Below the pieces are notes generated by a model. It saw only the letters and a program-made list of their open reading frames with translations, was not told the DNA's origin and made no database searches. Made by a program: the position numbers and the translations under genes. Shown here piece after piece: positions 40,621 through 52,944 of a DNA stretch of 64,000 nucleotides. Source of the DNA: Schmidtea nova (taxonomy: Eukaryota); assembly GCA_044892505.1 (NCBI GenBank), contig CM097882.1, positions 68,882,001 through 68,946,000 on the forward strand. The letters are read 5' to 3'. Numbering within the stretch: the stretch's first letter is position 1; the number at the start of each line of letters is the position of its first letter.

Positions 40621-43600
40621 ATGTTAGAAAATGCGGAAGAAAATGGTACTTGATCATTAACTTAGTAAATTATTTAATTTTTACTTTAGGTGATGTAAAT
40701 ATGACTGGACAAACTACCGTACAAGCTGAGAATGTTAATAATGAGAATATTATGAATAATGGAGTTATACATGATGTGGTATTGAATGTTCAATGTAAGT
40801 TTTGATTAATTTTAATTAATTTGATTACCTTTTAATTAATTTAGTAAATAAATATAGTAAAATAATTGTAAATATATAATTTGATAATATTATTATTATT
40901 TTTAACATTACTTTACATTCATAGGTGCTTTATACCCAAATTATTGCTTTTCAACTGACCACAACGATAATTGTCATCGATCAATGGAGCAATATTATGG
41001 ACACTCTTATTATAAAATTCGCTATTATATGTGTCCCGTATGCCAAACTTCCCAGCCCTTTACATATAAAAATTTTTACGATGAACATAAGGATCATTTA
41101 AATGAATATAGGTCTAAGAAAATAAAATTATTTAAAAGACCAAACTTGACTCAAAACCCTATAAATAATAAAAAGATTAAATTGAACATAGATATAATCA
41201 AGAAATCACAAAATTTACAAGAAGAGATTGAAGACAAGATTTTATTAGAAGCAATGGAAGCAGACGAAGCGGATGAAAACAAGATTTTAATTGAAGCGGT
41301 GAAAGAGATTGAAGATTTTTGGAACGTTGGATTTTATCAAACTTGAGGAAGTGTTATAGAACCTCTCCCTGTCATTGAAAGTGATTTAAATGGATCGCAT
41401 AGGATTTTAAAAATTAACACTAGTGATTTAAATATAAAGCAAATTATTTTTCCACAATCATTAATTAATAAATTAATAGAAATAATTAACGAAATAGGCT
41501 ATGTGAAGATACAATTTGGTATCTGTGTTGAATTTGAGAAAGATGGAGAAATTAAAAGAAACAATATTTCCAATAGTGCAAAACCTCTGACACAGACAAT
41601 TTTCGAAGAGGGAATTAACAAATTGAATGAAAAGATAACTTCATTTGCGGAATTAGGTAGCAGTTGGGTACTTAATCGTATTACTGAAATAAGTTTTGTT
41701 GTAACTAAAATATCTAATATAAGTAGGTTAGCAGGTAGAAGCATTGTAAAAACTCCTCAAGGATTAAAAGGAAAGAGATGTATATTGAACATCGATAATA
41801 AGGATAATTTATGTTTTTCATATAGCATTTTAGCTATATTAAAATATGATTCAATATCTAGAAATAAAGAAAGAGTATCAAAATATACAAATATTTTGTC
41901 AGAGCTCAAATATGATATATCAGACATGCCCATGAAATTAAATAGTATCAGAAAATTCGAGGCAAAGAATCCAGGATTGATCATAAATGTACTATGTTAT
42001 AATAATGAAATTAATGAAGAGCAAGATGATTATATTTTAAAGCATCCTCATTTGGATATTATTCATCGGTCCAAAGTAATAGAAGGAAAAACTATAAATT
42101 TATTGTTATTAAATGAAGGGGAAAAATATCATTATGTACCTATTATAAATTTAAAACGTTTAATGAATTGTCACCAAAGCATTTATTGTACTACTAGAAT
42201 AAGAAGCGAATGGTGCAGTAGATGTTTAAATGGTTTCCCAAATAAATTATCGTTGGAAAAACATGAGATTTTATGCAGAAAAAATCAACTAGGAACAACA
42301 TTATACACTTTCCCGGAAAATAAAATGCTAAAATTTACAGATTGGTCAAAAACTGTTACCCCACCATTCGTTATTTATGCAGACTTTGAAGCTATTTTAC
42401 CAAAGGATGATGTATATTATCAGAAACACTTGCCTATTTCTGCGGGGCTTTTGTTAATAAATAACTTTGATGGGACAAAATCTTACCAACAATTTATTGG
42501 ACTAAATTGTGTAGATGAATTTTTAAAAGCGATTGAAGATATTGCTTTATTAAAAGTTCTTCCATATTACAATAAAAATGGAAACAAACCAATGAATAGA
42601 TTGACTGAAATTGAAAAGGACCAATTTAAAAATGGTACCACTTGTTACCTTTGCATGAAAAATATCGTAGATCCTGTAAGAGACCATGACCATTTCACTG
42701 GGAAATATTTAGGTGCAGCATGTCAAGCATGTAACACTACTAGAAAAATCAACAAGTCTTTACCAATAGTTTTTCATAACTTGAAAGGATACGATATGCA
42801 CCATATTCTTAAACACGGATTAAATAAGTTCAAGAATTGGTCATTGGGTTGTATACCTATTACAACTGAAAAATTTATTTCATTGATAGCTCATGTTTAC
42901 AAGATTAGTTTAAAATTTATAGACTCATACCAGTTTGTGAATGATTCTTTGGCAAAGGTAGTGAAAACGTTGAAATCTTTACCTTTGACAAATTCGGTTT
43001 TTAATGGAACTATAGTTTCTGAAAAGGGTATTTTTCCGTATAGCTTTGCTACAAGTTTAGAAGTACTTGAAAATACTTATGAGTTACCACCAATCTGGAA
43101 AGGTGTTTCAAAAGAAGAATATGAAAAAGCACAACTGATTTGGACAGAAACAAACTGTGTTACTCTTTTAGATTTTATGATGACTTACTTGAAACTTGAT
43201 TGCTTTCTTTCGGCTGATTTCTTTCAGCAATTTCGAACCAAATCTATAGCTCACAATAGATTAGAGCCATTGAATTACTTCGGTATTCCTGGCATGTCTT
43301 GGTCATCTTCTTTAATGACTTTAGATGAACCAATAGAATTAATAACAGAAAATGAAATGTTTAGCTTTTATGAAGGGGGAATTCGAGGAGGTTTGACTTT
43401 TGTAAATAAACACTTCATTAAAACCGATGAAAATACAGAATTATTGTATATCGATATAAATAATCTTTACGGATGGGCTTTAAGTGAACCTTTACCTTGT
43501 GTAGAATTTAGTTGGGTGACTGATAATTTAGATAATATTTTGCATGACTGTATTAATCTGAATCTTGAATCTATATCTTACGGTTACACTTTAGAGGTAG

Positions 43601-44718
43601 ATTTGGAAATACCTGCTGAAATTCATGATTTCTTGGATGATTTCCCGGTAGCTGCAGAAAAAATGAAACCACGAGGTTCAAAAGTATAAAAATTACTTTT
43701 GATTCATTACCCTAAAAATAATTATATAATTCATTGGCGATTGCTTCAATTATATTTAGGACTTGGTGTTAAAGTCACAAAGATGAATAGAGCAGTAAAA
43801 TTTAAACAATCTCCAATTTTCAAAAAGTATATAGACACCAACACTGAATTGCGGGCGAAAAGTACTAATACTTTAGATAAAAACTTTTTCAAATTACTCA
43901 ATAATAGTCTGTATGGCAAAACAGTGGAAAATCTTAAAAGGAGAATGAATTTAAGATTATGTTCAACGGAGAAAAAACTAGTTAAATATACATCAAAACC
44001 TTCTTTCAAAAAATCTATTAAAATCGACGATAATTTAGTTGCTGCTTTATTAAATCCAGATTCGATTTGTTTAGATAGACCGAGTTATATTGAACAATCG
44101 GTGCTTGATTTATCAAAACTTCGAATGTACGAATTACAATACAAAGATTTACAAAAATATCGCGACAAATATAGTTGTCAGATAAATATCGTAGCAGGCG
44201 ATACAGATTCGTTTTTTCTAGAAATTAAAAATCTAAAATTAGAAATATTATTAAATGAAATGAAAAATGATAACTTGTTAGATACATCAAATTATCCAAC
44301 TGATCACCCACTATACAGCAAGAAATTGGATTCTGTTATTGGGAAATTCAAAGATGAAAGTAAGGGTGAAGGATATGATGAGTGGATTTTCCTTAGACCG
44401 AAATGTTACAGCTTTTTGGGTAAAACTAATACTACAAAAGCTAAGGGAGCAACATTAAAGGATACTAAAATAGACCACGATTCATATGTAAAATGTTATT
44501 TAAATAACTCAGAGATTAGTGTACCACAATTTAGAATAGGTACAAAAAATCATCTGTTATATAGCTTTAAAAATTCAAAAATTGCACTAACTAATAATGA
44601 TGATAAAAGGGTTTGGGTGGGGAAAAATGAAAGTTGTGCATATGGGCATTATAAAGACATTAATGACAGAGAATTCAATCAAGTTACAGAAGAAGACGAT
44701 GAAGAAGATTTATTTTAA
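40621..44718 (+). pseudogene. Polinton/Maverick (adintovirus-type) protein-primed DNA polymerase B; near intact, two in-frame stops, predicted spliced 5' exons
   Basis: One frame from 40927 to 44718 broken only by TGA 41344-41346 and TAA 43687-43689. N-terminal CPVC..H..H finger; EndoVII/HNH-like CYLC...VRDHDHFTGKYLGAACQACN; Exo motifs YADFE, FHNLKGYD; Pol motifs YIDINNLYG, KLLNNSLYGK, AGDTDS. Predicted GT-AG introns 40646-40689 and 40795-40924. Confidence 0.93.
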
Positions 44719-45214
44719 TAAAATTTAGTTAAAAATGTTTCTTTTTATTTTTTTGAATTTTTATTAGTTAAAAATGTTTCTTTTTATTAGTTAAAACTTT
44801 TATTGGTTTAAAAAAGAATTTTGTGAAAAAGAATTTAATTTTATAATTAAAAATTTACCAACTCTGATTTCTCCAAAAAATTAATTTTACCCTTTTTATT
44901 AAATTTTAAATATTGTGTCATTTCAACTCTCACATTGCCTTAATTTTACCCTTTTTTTCTTAAATTTTAAATATTGTGTCATTCTTTTGTCTTTGTATTT
45001 TACCATAGAAATAAAAACCATTTAAATCTATTTAACATTTTGATAAATTTACATGTGTTTTTATTTACCATAAAAATCTCTTGAAAATTTCTGTTTAAAA
45101 ATTATTAGAGTCTCTTTGTCCGAGAAATTGTGGGAATTGAAAATCCTATTCAAAATAATTTCAATGTATTTTACACGTGTTTTTTTTTTACCATTAAAAT
45201 TTATAATTTAATTC

Positions 45215-45640
45215 AAAAATACCAGAGTCCATTTTTGCCCTATAAAAATCTCTGAGTATAAAATGCTGTACAAAAAACCCCGACCAAAATTTTATGTACA
45301 AAATACCAGAGTCATTTTTGCCCTAGAAAAATCTGGGAGAAGAAAATGCTGTACAAAAAACCCCGACCAAGATTTTCCAATACAAAAGATCGACCCAAAA
45401 ACATAATGGCCCTTAAACTCACCTGTACAAAAGAACGACAAAGAATTTTCCAATACAAAAAAGGCTAGAAAAAACTTAGTGGTCTTTAAACTCACTTGTA
45501 CAAAAGACCGGAAAAAAATTTTCCAATACAAAAGATAGACCCAAAAACATAATGGCCCGCTAACGCACCTGTACAAAAGACCGACAATAAATTTCCAATA
45601 CAAAATGGCCAGAAAAACATAGTGGCTCGTCAACGCAGAG
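45215..45640 (+). repeat. Subterminal tandem repeats (~72-83 bp units)
   Basis: Recurrent TGTACAAAA...TTTCCAATACAAAA units, about six copies. Confidence 0.85.
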
Positions 45641-45649
45641 AAAAAAATT

Positions 45650-45708
45650 TCTAAGGGGTGGGGGGTGGGTAGAATTTAAGTGCGCCAAAGGGCCATTAAC
45701 TACCTACT
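45650..45708 (-). mobile_element. Candidate Polinton terminus
   Basis: G-rich tract 45655-45669, then ...TAACTACCTACT (rc AGTAGGTAGTTA), similar to the AGTAGT-type Polinton ends; about 1 kb downstream of pPolB. Alternative: a piggyBac-like AAGGG|TTAA end at 45713-45721. Confidence 0.5.
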
Positions 45709-46959
45709 CCGAAGGGTTAAAAAATAATAAAACACACAATTTAAATTAAAATAAAAAATTTAAAAGAAAAAATAATTTGTAAATTTTCAGTAAAATAGTA
45801 AAAGTATCAAATTTATCTTTTAATTTTAAACCGAAAATTTTATGCTAAATTAAAATTTTTAACATTTATAACAATTCTAATGGAACGGTTGATTTGTCTT
45901 TTAATATTTAACGGTTGGTTTAGCACTAGAAATTCATATTTACTTCCTTTAATAAACACTAATTAATTTATTTAAACAATTGCAAAAGGTCAGGAAATAC
46001 GTACAACTGATACAAAAAACTGAAATAGTGCAACTCTCTAAAGTGTATAATTTTCTAAAGTTTTATCGATTTTAATAAAAAATTAAAAAGTAAATATTAA
46101 TAATAATTAAAATCGATAATAAACTTTAATTGTTTACTAATTGATTTTTATTTAAACAAACAACTTAAATATGGAATAAAAAAACTATAATTATATACTT
46201 ATTCCTCTAACAAAAAATCTGTTAATTATCATAAAAAAACAAAAAAGAATTATAAAAGAAATAAGATAAATAGATTAAAAGCTCAAAAACTCATTTTCTG
46301 CAAATTCTGTATTATTTAATTAACAACCTTTAATTATCCAGGAGCTTTATCAAATTTATTTCTTGATGCATCTTATTATAATTATTAATATTGCTGTTAG
46401 ACTTTTAGGTGTCTGCTCTGGGATTATTTTTATGAAGAGATTATTTTAATCATTTTTAAAATAATTTGTTATTTCATTTAATTTTGTATTTGCGAGTACT
46501 GTATTTTTGATTATTGCAATTGTTTTATTATTAAAGTTAATTTTGTTATTAAAAACAAGTTGAAAAAAATGATTGAAAAATAATAAACAATAATTTAATT
46601 TCAACAAATAAATTACATAGATTTGGAAGCTGTTCACATATTTTTATATGAATTACTTCTAAGAATATTTAAAATAAATTGAGTTGTTTTAATTAAAATA
46701 AATTCACTACACTTTTTAATAATATTTAATAATCAATGAAAACCTTAATTCTCTTTCATGTTGAAATATTTTTTCCAATATTAATTTTATTTATTTTTAT
46801 TTTAAACTTTGAATACATAATTAAATACATGGCATAGATTTAATTGATGAAAAAGTTTTAAAAAAATGTTGAAAAGATTAACTAATTTAAAATTATTTGC
46901 AAAGATTTTGAAAAATTAAATAAAAATTTAAAAATATCAGTATGACATAATCTGTTACA

Positions 46960-47342
46960 CAATACATGGAGTATGACATAACATATAAAGTGTTACGTAG
47001 TAATTGCGTGCCATGTAAAGCGTTACTTAATGATTAAGTAATAATTGCGTGATGTATAAAATATAACGCANNNNNNNNNNNNNNNNNNNNNNNNNNNNNN
47101 NNNNNNNNNNNNNNNNNNNNNNNNNNNNNNNNNNNNNNNNNNNNNNNNNNNNNNNNNNNNNNNNNNNNNNNNNNNNNNNNNNNNNNNNNNNNNNNNNNAC
47201 ATAGCTATAATATGGTGACTATGTGAAGCATACATTGTTACGTAATACTTTACATTTCTTCGTGGATTAACTGTATTATCTTTACGTAATATGTACAATC
47301 TAGGATAAATGGTTTGTGTCAGACCGCTCACTTATCCCTACT
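46960..47342 (-). mobile_element. Polinton-like terminus with TTACGTAA/ATTGCGT motifs, interrupted by an N gap
   Basis: Ends CACTTATCCCTACT (rc AGTAGGGATAAGTG), matching 23563. Confidence 0.4.
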
Positions 47343-47479
47343 AACTATTGTTCAAAAATACTTTTCGTTATAAATTTTGATTACTTTAGTGTAGTCTTTA
47401 GAAAACAATAAAAATTATATAAATTGAAATAATTTCCTTTAAAAAACCATTTTAACTCAGTTGTAGAGTTTTGAATTAT

Positions 47480-48300
47480 TATTGTTAAAAATATATTAAA
47501 GTTTTCCATGGCACATTTGTAAAGCTATTGAATGAGAATCGCTGCTCTAGACCACTGCATATATTCATAGCTATTTAGGAAACAAAATTACCAACTTAAA
47601 TCGAAGTTTCTGGTAGTATACGGATAAAAGATTTTATTTTTCATAACTTGCACTAGTAAGCTTGATTTTTATATACATCCTTATCTGCCTTAAAATGAAA
47701 ACAAACCTCTTATAACAGGAATGTGTCCATATATTGGTCACATTCCTAATAATTTCATTTTGATTGACAAAATATTCTAGGCTACGTTATGAAATAAACT
47801 TTGTTTAATTAATACTGTTAAGGTTAAATGATTTTTTGGTAAAACACAGATGTAAATTAGGCCTATTCACCGAACCTTTTATTTCGATTTATGAATTAAG
47901 TCCGTCCTCTCTAAATGGCTCTGACAATTACCTACTACCTCCTACATTACTTGATAGAATGATTGGATTTATTTTTGAATGTTGCAAGTAAGATTTAATT
48001 GGCTAACTAAGCGCGTCCCTTTGATCAAACAACTTGAACTCAACAAATAACAATGTATTTGTCTATAAACACAAAATCAATCGTTAATGATAGTTAATAC
48101 CATAAGTTTACCATAGGCGAATTAGCCAATGATGTTTTGAGATAGAAAATTGTCTCTTTTATAATTCTCAATTATTATTTTGAAAACACGTTTTGTCTTT
48201 GTTCCTTTCTTGACTAATAATTTTTCTTCTTCTCTTATGTACTTGACCTTCTCCTTTTATTGTGTTTTGCACCTTATCCAACTATCATCTAAATCTGACT
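47480..48300 (-). pseudogene. Very decayed retrotransposon integrase-like fragment
   Basis: Minus-strand KHHWLIRL..., VM*EVVGNCQSH, TTRNFDLS, CAMENFN loosely follow integrase motif order; many stops. Confidence 0.35.
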
Positions 48301-49307
48301 AAATTTGTTTTATCTACTGCCCGTAGTGGTTCCCGAGATCTGTAATTATTTAAGATATTCCAATTATACGACTAAGTCTTAATTTGACAGATCACCACTG
48401 TGTCTGTTACAACCGACAAACCAATTTCCTTTAAGGTATTGTTGTTCATTTTATATTTTCATAATTAATTAAAAGTTATTTAATTTTTATTTTAGAAATA
48501 TCTTTATCTAGGGACTCCCGATCAAATTTTAATTATTATTATCAGTTTTAACTTTCTCTTCACTACTCTCTCATACCTCCCCTCGCAAAATATTGATTTT
48601 TAATTTTAATTAGTTTCTATCTCAATTTAAACTTTAAAGTTTTAAAAATTTTAAATTTTGCATTTTTACATGCCCAATTTTCAGGAACGCCAACAGAATA
48701 TGCTTATTATAATAAAGTAAGATTAATTAACCCGCAATGTCTACAAATTCATTTTTTATCTTTTATCAACTAACAAGCAAAATGAAAAATAACTTTTCAT
48801 AACTTTTATTTATGTTATATTGCAATAAAAATTAAACTTTTATAAATTTAAAGCGCATTAAAATATTCAACAATCAATCACAGGGATTGTATAGAAATTA
48901 TAAGGCAACAAGATTATTTTATTAAAACAAAAAAAACAATATTTTTACAATTCGAAATTCATATTTTCATAACGTAGCTCATCTGATAAAGAATTGAGAA
49001 TCCCAATTGAATTTGATTCAGGCAAACGCAGATTTTCTAGTGGTGGGGTTTGTTGACTCTTCCAATCTATGGAGTATTGTATTGGTCGGTGCTGGTAGAG
49101 TTCTGACTGCTCTAAATAGTATCCCAATATTTCAATTATTAATTGTTATTAATAAATATTATAGCAAAAATAATGAATATAAAAAGAATATTATCAATAT
49201 AAATTATTTATTCAAAAGGAAATAATCTCCACATTCCTTTTGATAAGTAATAAATAATCAATTATTCACAATATTAAGATAAATATAAAATAATTATAAA
49301 TAAATAA

Positions 49308-49311
<4 letters not shown>

Positions 49312-49338
<27 letters not shown>
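49312..49338. repeat. (TA)n microsatellite
   Basis: Direct reading. Confidence 0.9.
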
Positions 49339-49735
49339 ATCATTATATATAATTTTTATAGTATTCTTCAATAATAGATTAGTTTAAGGACGTAATTCTT
49401 TAAATAGATATTCTACTATTTAAATATTTTAATATGTTTTAAATTTTTATTTTATAAAATAAAAAATTAATTTAAAATATTAATAAGTTAAATAATATGA
49501 ATTATAACATACCGTAAAATTACGAATATCAAAATCACTTTTTTTCATGTATTTTGGTCGTTTAATAAAATAATAAGTAATTACTATATTTATTATCGTA
49601 ACATTGAGGAAAATGATTTATTTCCTTGTTATAAAAGTTATTACGGAATGAAAGTCATGTTATATAACTGAAAAAAATTAACCGATGTTTAATTTTTAAA
49701 TTCTATTTTTCATTATTTTTTTTCAAAGGTAATTA

Positions 49736-50290
49736 CCGTATATACTCGACTATAGGTCGAGAAATTTATTTGTATTCCAGGACGAAAAAAACGGCCTTCG
49801 ACTTATACTCGAGACGTGAAATAGCCGGAAGATTTGAGAACGAAAATAGACTGAACGATTATTTTGTACACCGTTTTTGCGCAGGAAAAATAACATTTAC
49901 ACAAATATGTATATAAAGACAAAAAGAATATACTCATATTAAAATATTTTTCAGGAGTTTAGGATATATAGTGTTTGCTAGGTACTGAGACATTAATTTA
50001 CTTGTAGTTTTTGTATCGTTGGGTCGCTTATATAGTATTATTGATGATGGTAAAGGAAATTTGAACATTTTGTTTCCAAGTATGAACTTTAAATATTCGT
50101 TTATAAAGTCTTACATGATAATTTTTTTGTTGCATATTTTCAGTTTTTTCCCATCACAATCAAAGCTTTTAACCATCACTTGTTTTTTTATGGTCGACTT
50201 ATATTCGAGCCGTCAATTTTGGAGGCTATTTTTTCCAAAAACTGACACTTCGACTTATACATGAATCGACTTATAGTCGAGTATATACGG
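49736..50290. mobile_element. 555-bp pogo/Tc1-superfamily MITE with TA target duplication
   Basis: TA|CCGTATATACTCGACTATA ... TATAGTCGAGTATATACGG|TA; internal TCGACTTATA repeats. Confidence 0.9.
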
Positions 50291-50869
50291 TAAGTCAATA
50301 TTTATGATTTGGATTATATGATTTTTAATTATATTTTGGATGATATTTGAATAAATTACTGCGCATTTTATATAAGTACGAATTATAATTGAGATTTTAC
50401 GGGTTTCTTTTTTTAATATTGCAACGTTTGTAAAAAACCAAAATATCAGTTTTTTAACTCTTTCTATTAACCTCCAATCTTTGTTTGTTTTTTTGTCAAA
50501 CTTTGGATCGAATTTTAACCCACTTCCCGATATCCAATCGATATGAAAATTTGCGAGCAGACTCGTGGTGGCCCACAAATTATTCCATTGAAAAATTGAA
50601 CAATTTTGAAAAATTATGAAAAATTTTCAACAATTTTGAAACAATGTGATTTTTCAATTTTACTGTTGCCAAGAAACTACCAAACAATGAAACAACAATA
50701 AAATTAACCGAGAACATGAGAAAAAGAATGAGTTACATTAAAAACTTGTTTTTATGGGTTCCTTTTTTAATCTTTTAACACACTAAAACCTTTCGAAAAT
50801 ACCAAATAAATTAAATTAAATTACATTAAATTACTTAATAATTATATTTATTAAAAAACAACTGATGAA

Positions 50870-51005
50870 TATTTTTTGGTTTCACCTTTGACCTCTTTTT
50901 TTGAAATCAATAATTTTCATATTAATAATTGTATGAACATAGATTAAAAGATTTTGTGGTTGTTAGATACATATGATATTTTGGCGCAGCTTTTATGAAG
51001 TGTGT
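50870..51005. repeat. Diverged partial copy of the 21.0-21.2 kb repeat family
   Basis: gtttcacctttga...caataatt...gatattttggcgcagcttttatgaagtgtgtatt. Confidence 0.6.
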
Positions 51006-51830
51006 ATTAAATTAATTAACTTATTAATTACAACAATATCTTTTGGAAAAGTTAAAATTTAAAAAAAATGAAATAAAAAAAAATATTTTTAGAAGGGTAA
51101 AAATAATTCTATTTTATTTCTTTAAATATTTATTAATTAACAACAATTACTATATATTTAAATAAATATATTATAGTTTTTAGCTGTAGAATTAGTCTTA
51201 AATTTTATTCCTTGTATTGTTAGTAAATGTACAAAAACTGCCCAAAAATATTAAAACTTTATTTATAGACACAATGATTAATTTTGTTTTACCAAATTAA
51301 AATTTAATAATTAAATTTGAAAAAATAGAAAATTTTAAATGAGAACTATACCAAATTAAATCCTAAAAAACGGACGATAAATTCTGTCTTTTATAAAACG
51401 TAACGTACGCCTTTTTCTTTGACAAAATCTGGTTAAATTTGTTTCTTTTCTTTTATTTCATATTTCCTCTTATGGCTAATTTATTTGATTTTTGCGAGTT
51501 AGATCTCCGTTAATTACTATTTCTTCAGCCGACTCTAAGAAGACTTTTCAAATAAATAAATATTTTATATAATATAGTAAGTCATTTTCATGCCTGACAA
51601 AAAAAATCATTTTGCTCATACTATTATAATGAATTATGGCGTAAACAATACTTTTTCAATTAGCTAAATTAATAATTTGTTTTTTAGGTCTTCTGACCAC
51701 TTGAGACTTCACCTTCATTTTAGAATTCATCCCTTTCTTTTAAATGGACTTTTATTTTGATCCTTCACCCTTATAAATGTTCGTTTCACGATTTTATTAT
51801 TTCGCAATTACTTTTAATTAACTCTTTTTT

Positions 51831-52944
51831 GGGTGTGCCGACATTTAAACAAGCGACACTTTAACATAGACAGATTAACATGCGACATTTTAACATAGAC
51901 CCACTTTAACATACGACAGATTGACACTGTGACAGATTAACATAGTGACAGTTTAACATGGATACACCTTAACATACGACAGATTATCACACATTTTAAT
52001 TTTGGAAGATAAAAATGGAATTGATCATAGGCTAAATAAAGTTAAAATTTGCTACATATATGGATTTAAAAACGTTACCAACTCGAGTTGAACATACGAA
52101 TTTTCTTCAAGTCTTTCACGTTTTCTTAAATAAATGCACCTATTGCATGATACAATATATTTTAAGTAACAATAATATGAATGAAAAAAAATTATATGGT
52201 GTGAGGCCAGAATCTGAACGAAAGTTGTGATGTTTTATGTATCTTGTTCTTACTCCAGATTTTTTTAAGTAGACTTACCAACAAAATTACAATTTTGAAA
52301 TTGTATAAAGTTAGAAAATATAAAGAATTTTCGGTTAATGGTTTTTCAAATCATTGATTCTTTCGGTCTCATTTGACCGTTTTAATTGCTTCATTTTTTA
52401 TATTCAATGATGTTTACGAAGACCGCTTATTTAATTTTGAAGCACAAAATTACTGCGAAACAAACTCAAAAACTATGTTATTTAATCGTGTTGTGTGAAC
52501 GAGGTGTTTATTTAGATTTTTTAGCTCTTTCCAACTAATAAAGGAAGCGATTATAAAAACCGGTTTTTGAGCTGCACCGAACTTGCTTTGCACTAGGCTT
52601 ATAATGACATAATTTTCACTTACAATTTTTAATTCTTATAGGGTAGTTTTAATGGGAGAAATATATAGAAGATTCTTTCGGTGCAGCTCACCTATGTACA
52701 TTTATTAAGGAAAACTTGAAAGAATTTAAGAAAATTCGTATGTTCAATTCGAGTTGGTAACGTTTTTAAATGCATATATGTAGCAAATTTTAACTTTATT
52801 TAGCCTATGATCACTTCCATTTTTATCTTCCAAAATTAAAATGTGTGATAATCTGTCGTATGTTAAAGTGTGTCCATGTTAAACTGTCACTATGTTAATA
52901 TGTCACAATGTTAATCTGTCGTATGTTAAAATGTCATGTTACCC
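51831..52944. mobile_element. 1.1-kb non-autonomous DNA transposon with ~300-bp TIRs containing 15-bp subterminal repeats (Foldback/MULE-like)
   Basis: 51831-52140 is the reverse complement of ~52695-52944; GACA(G/T)(A/T)TTAACAT units; ends GGGT/ACCC within T-runs. A clean TSD cannot be established. Confidence 0.85.

Noticed and set aside
45292-45633. 113-aa minus-strand ORF
   Set aside because: Translation of the subterminal tandem repeats.
39936-45640. Tandem arrays as CRISPR-like repeats
   Set aside because: Eukaryotic context; units are diverged along their whole length with no constant-repeat/unique-spacer pattern.
23563-47342. A single 23.8-kb Polinton bounded by the two AGTAGGGATAA ends
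   Set aside because: 6-bp flanks differ (ATTTAC vs AACTAT), TIR similarity is short, and internal pPolB pieces are of different ages and orientations. Kept only as a terminus-family finding.
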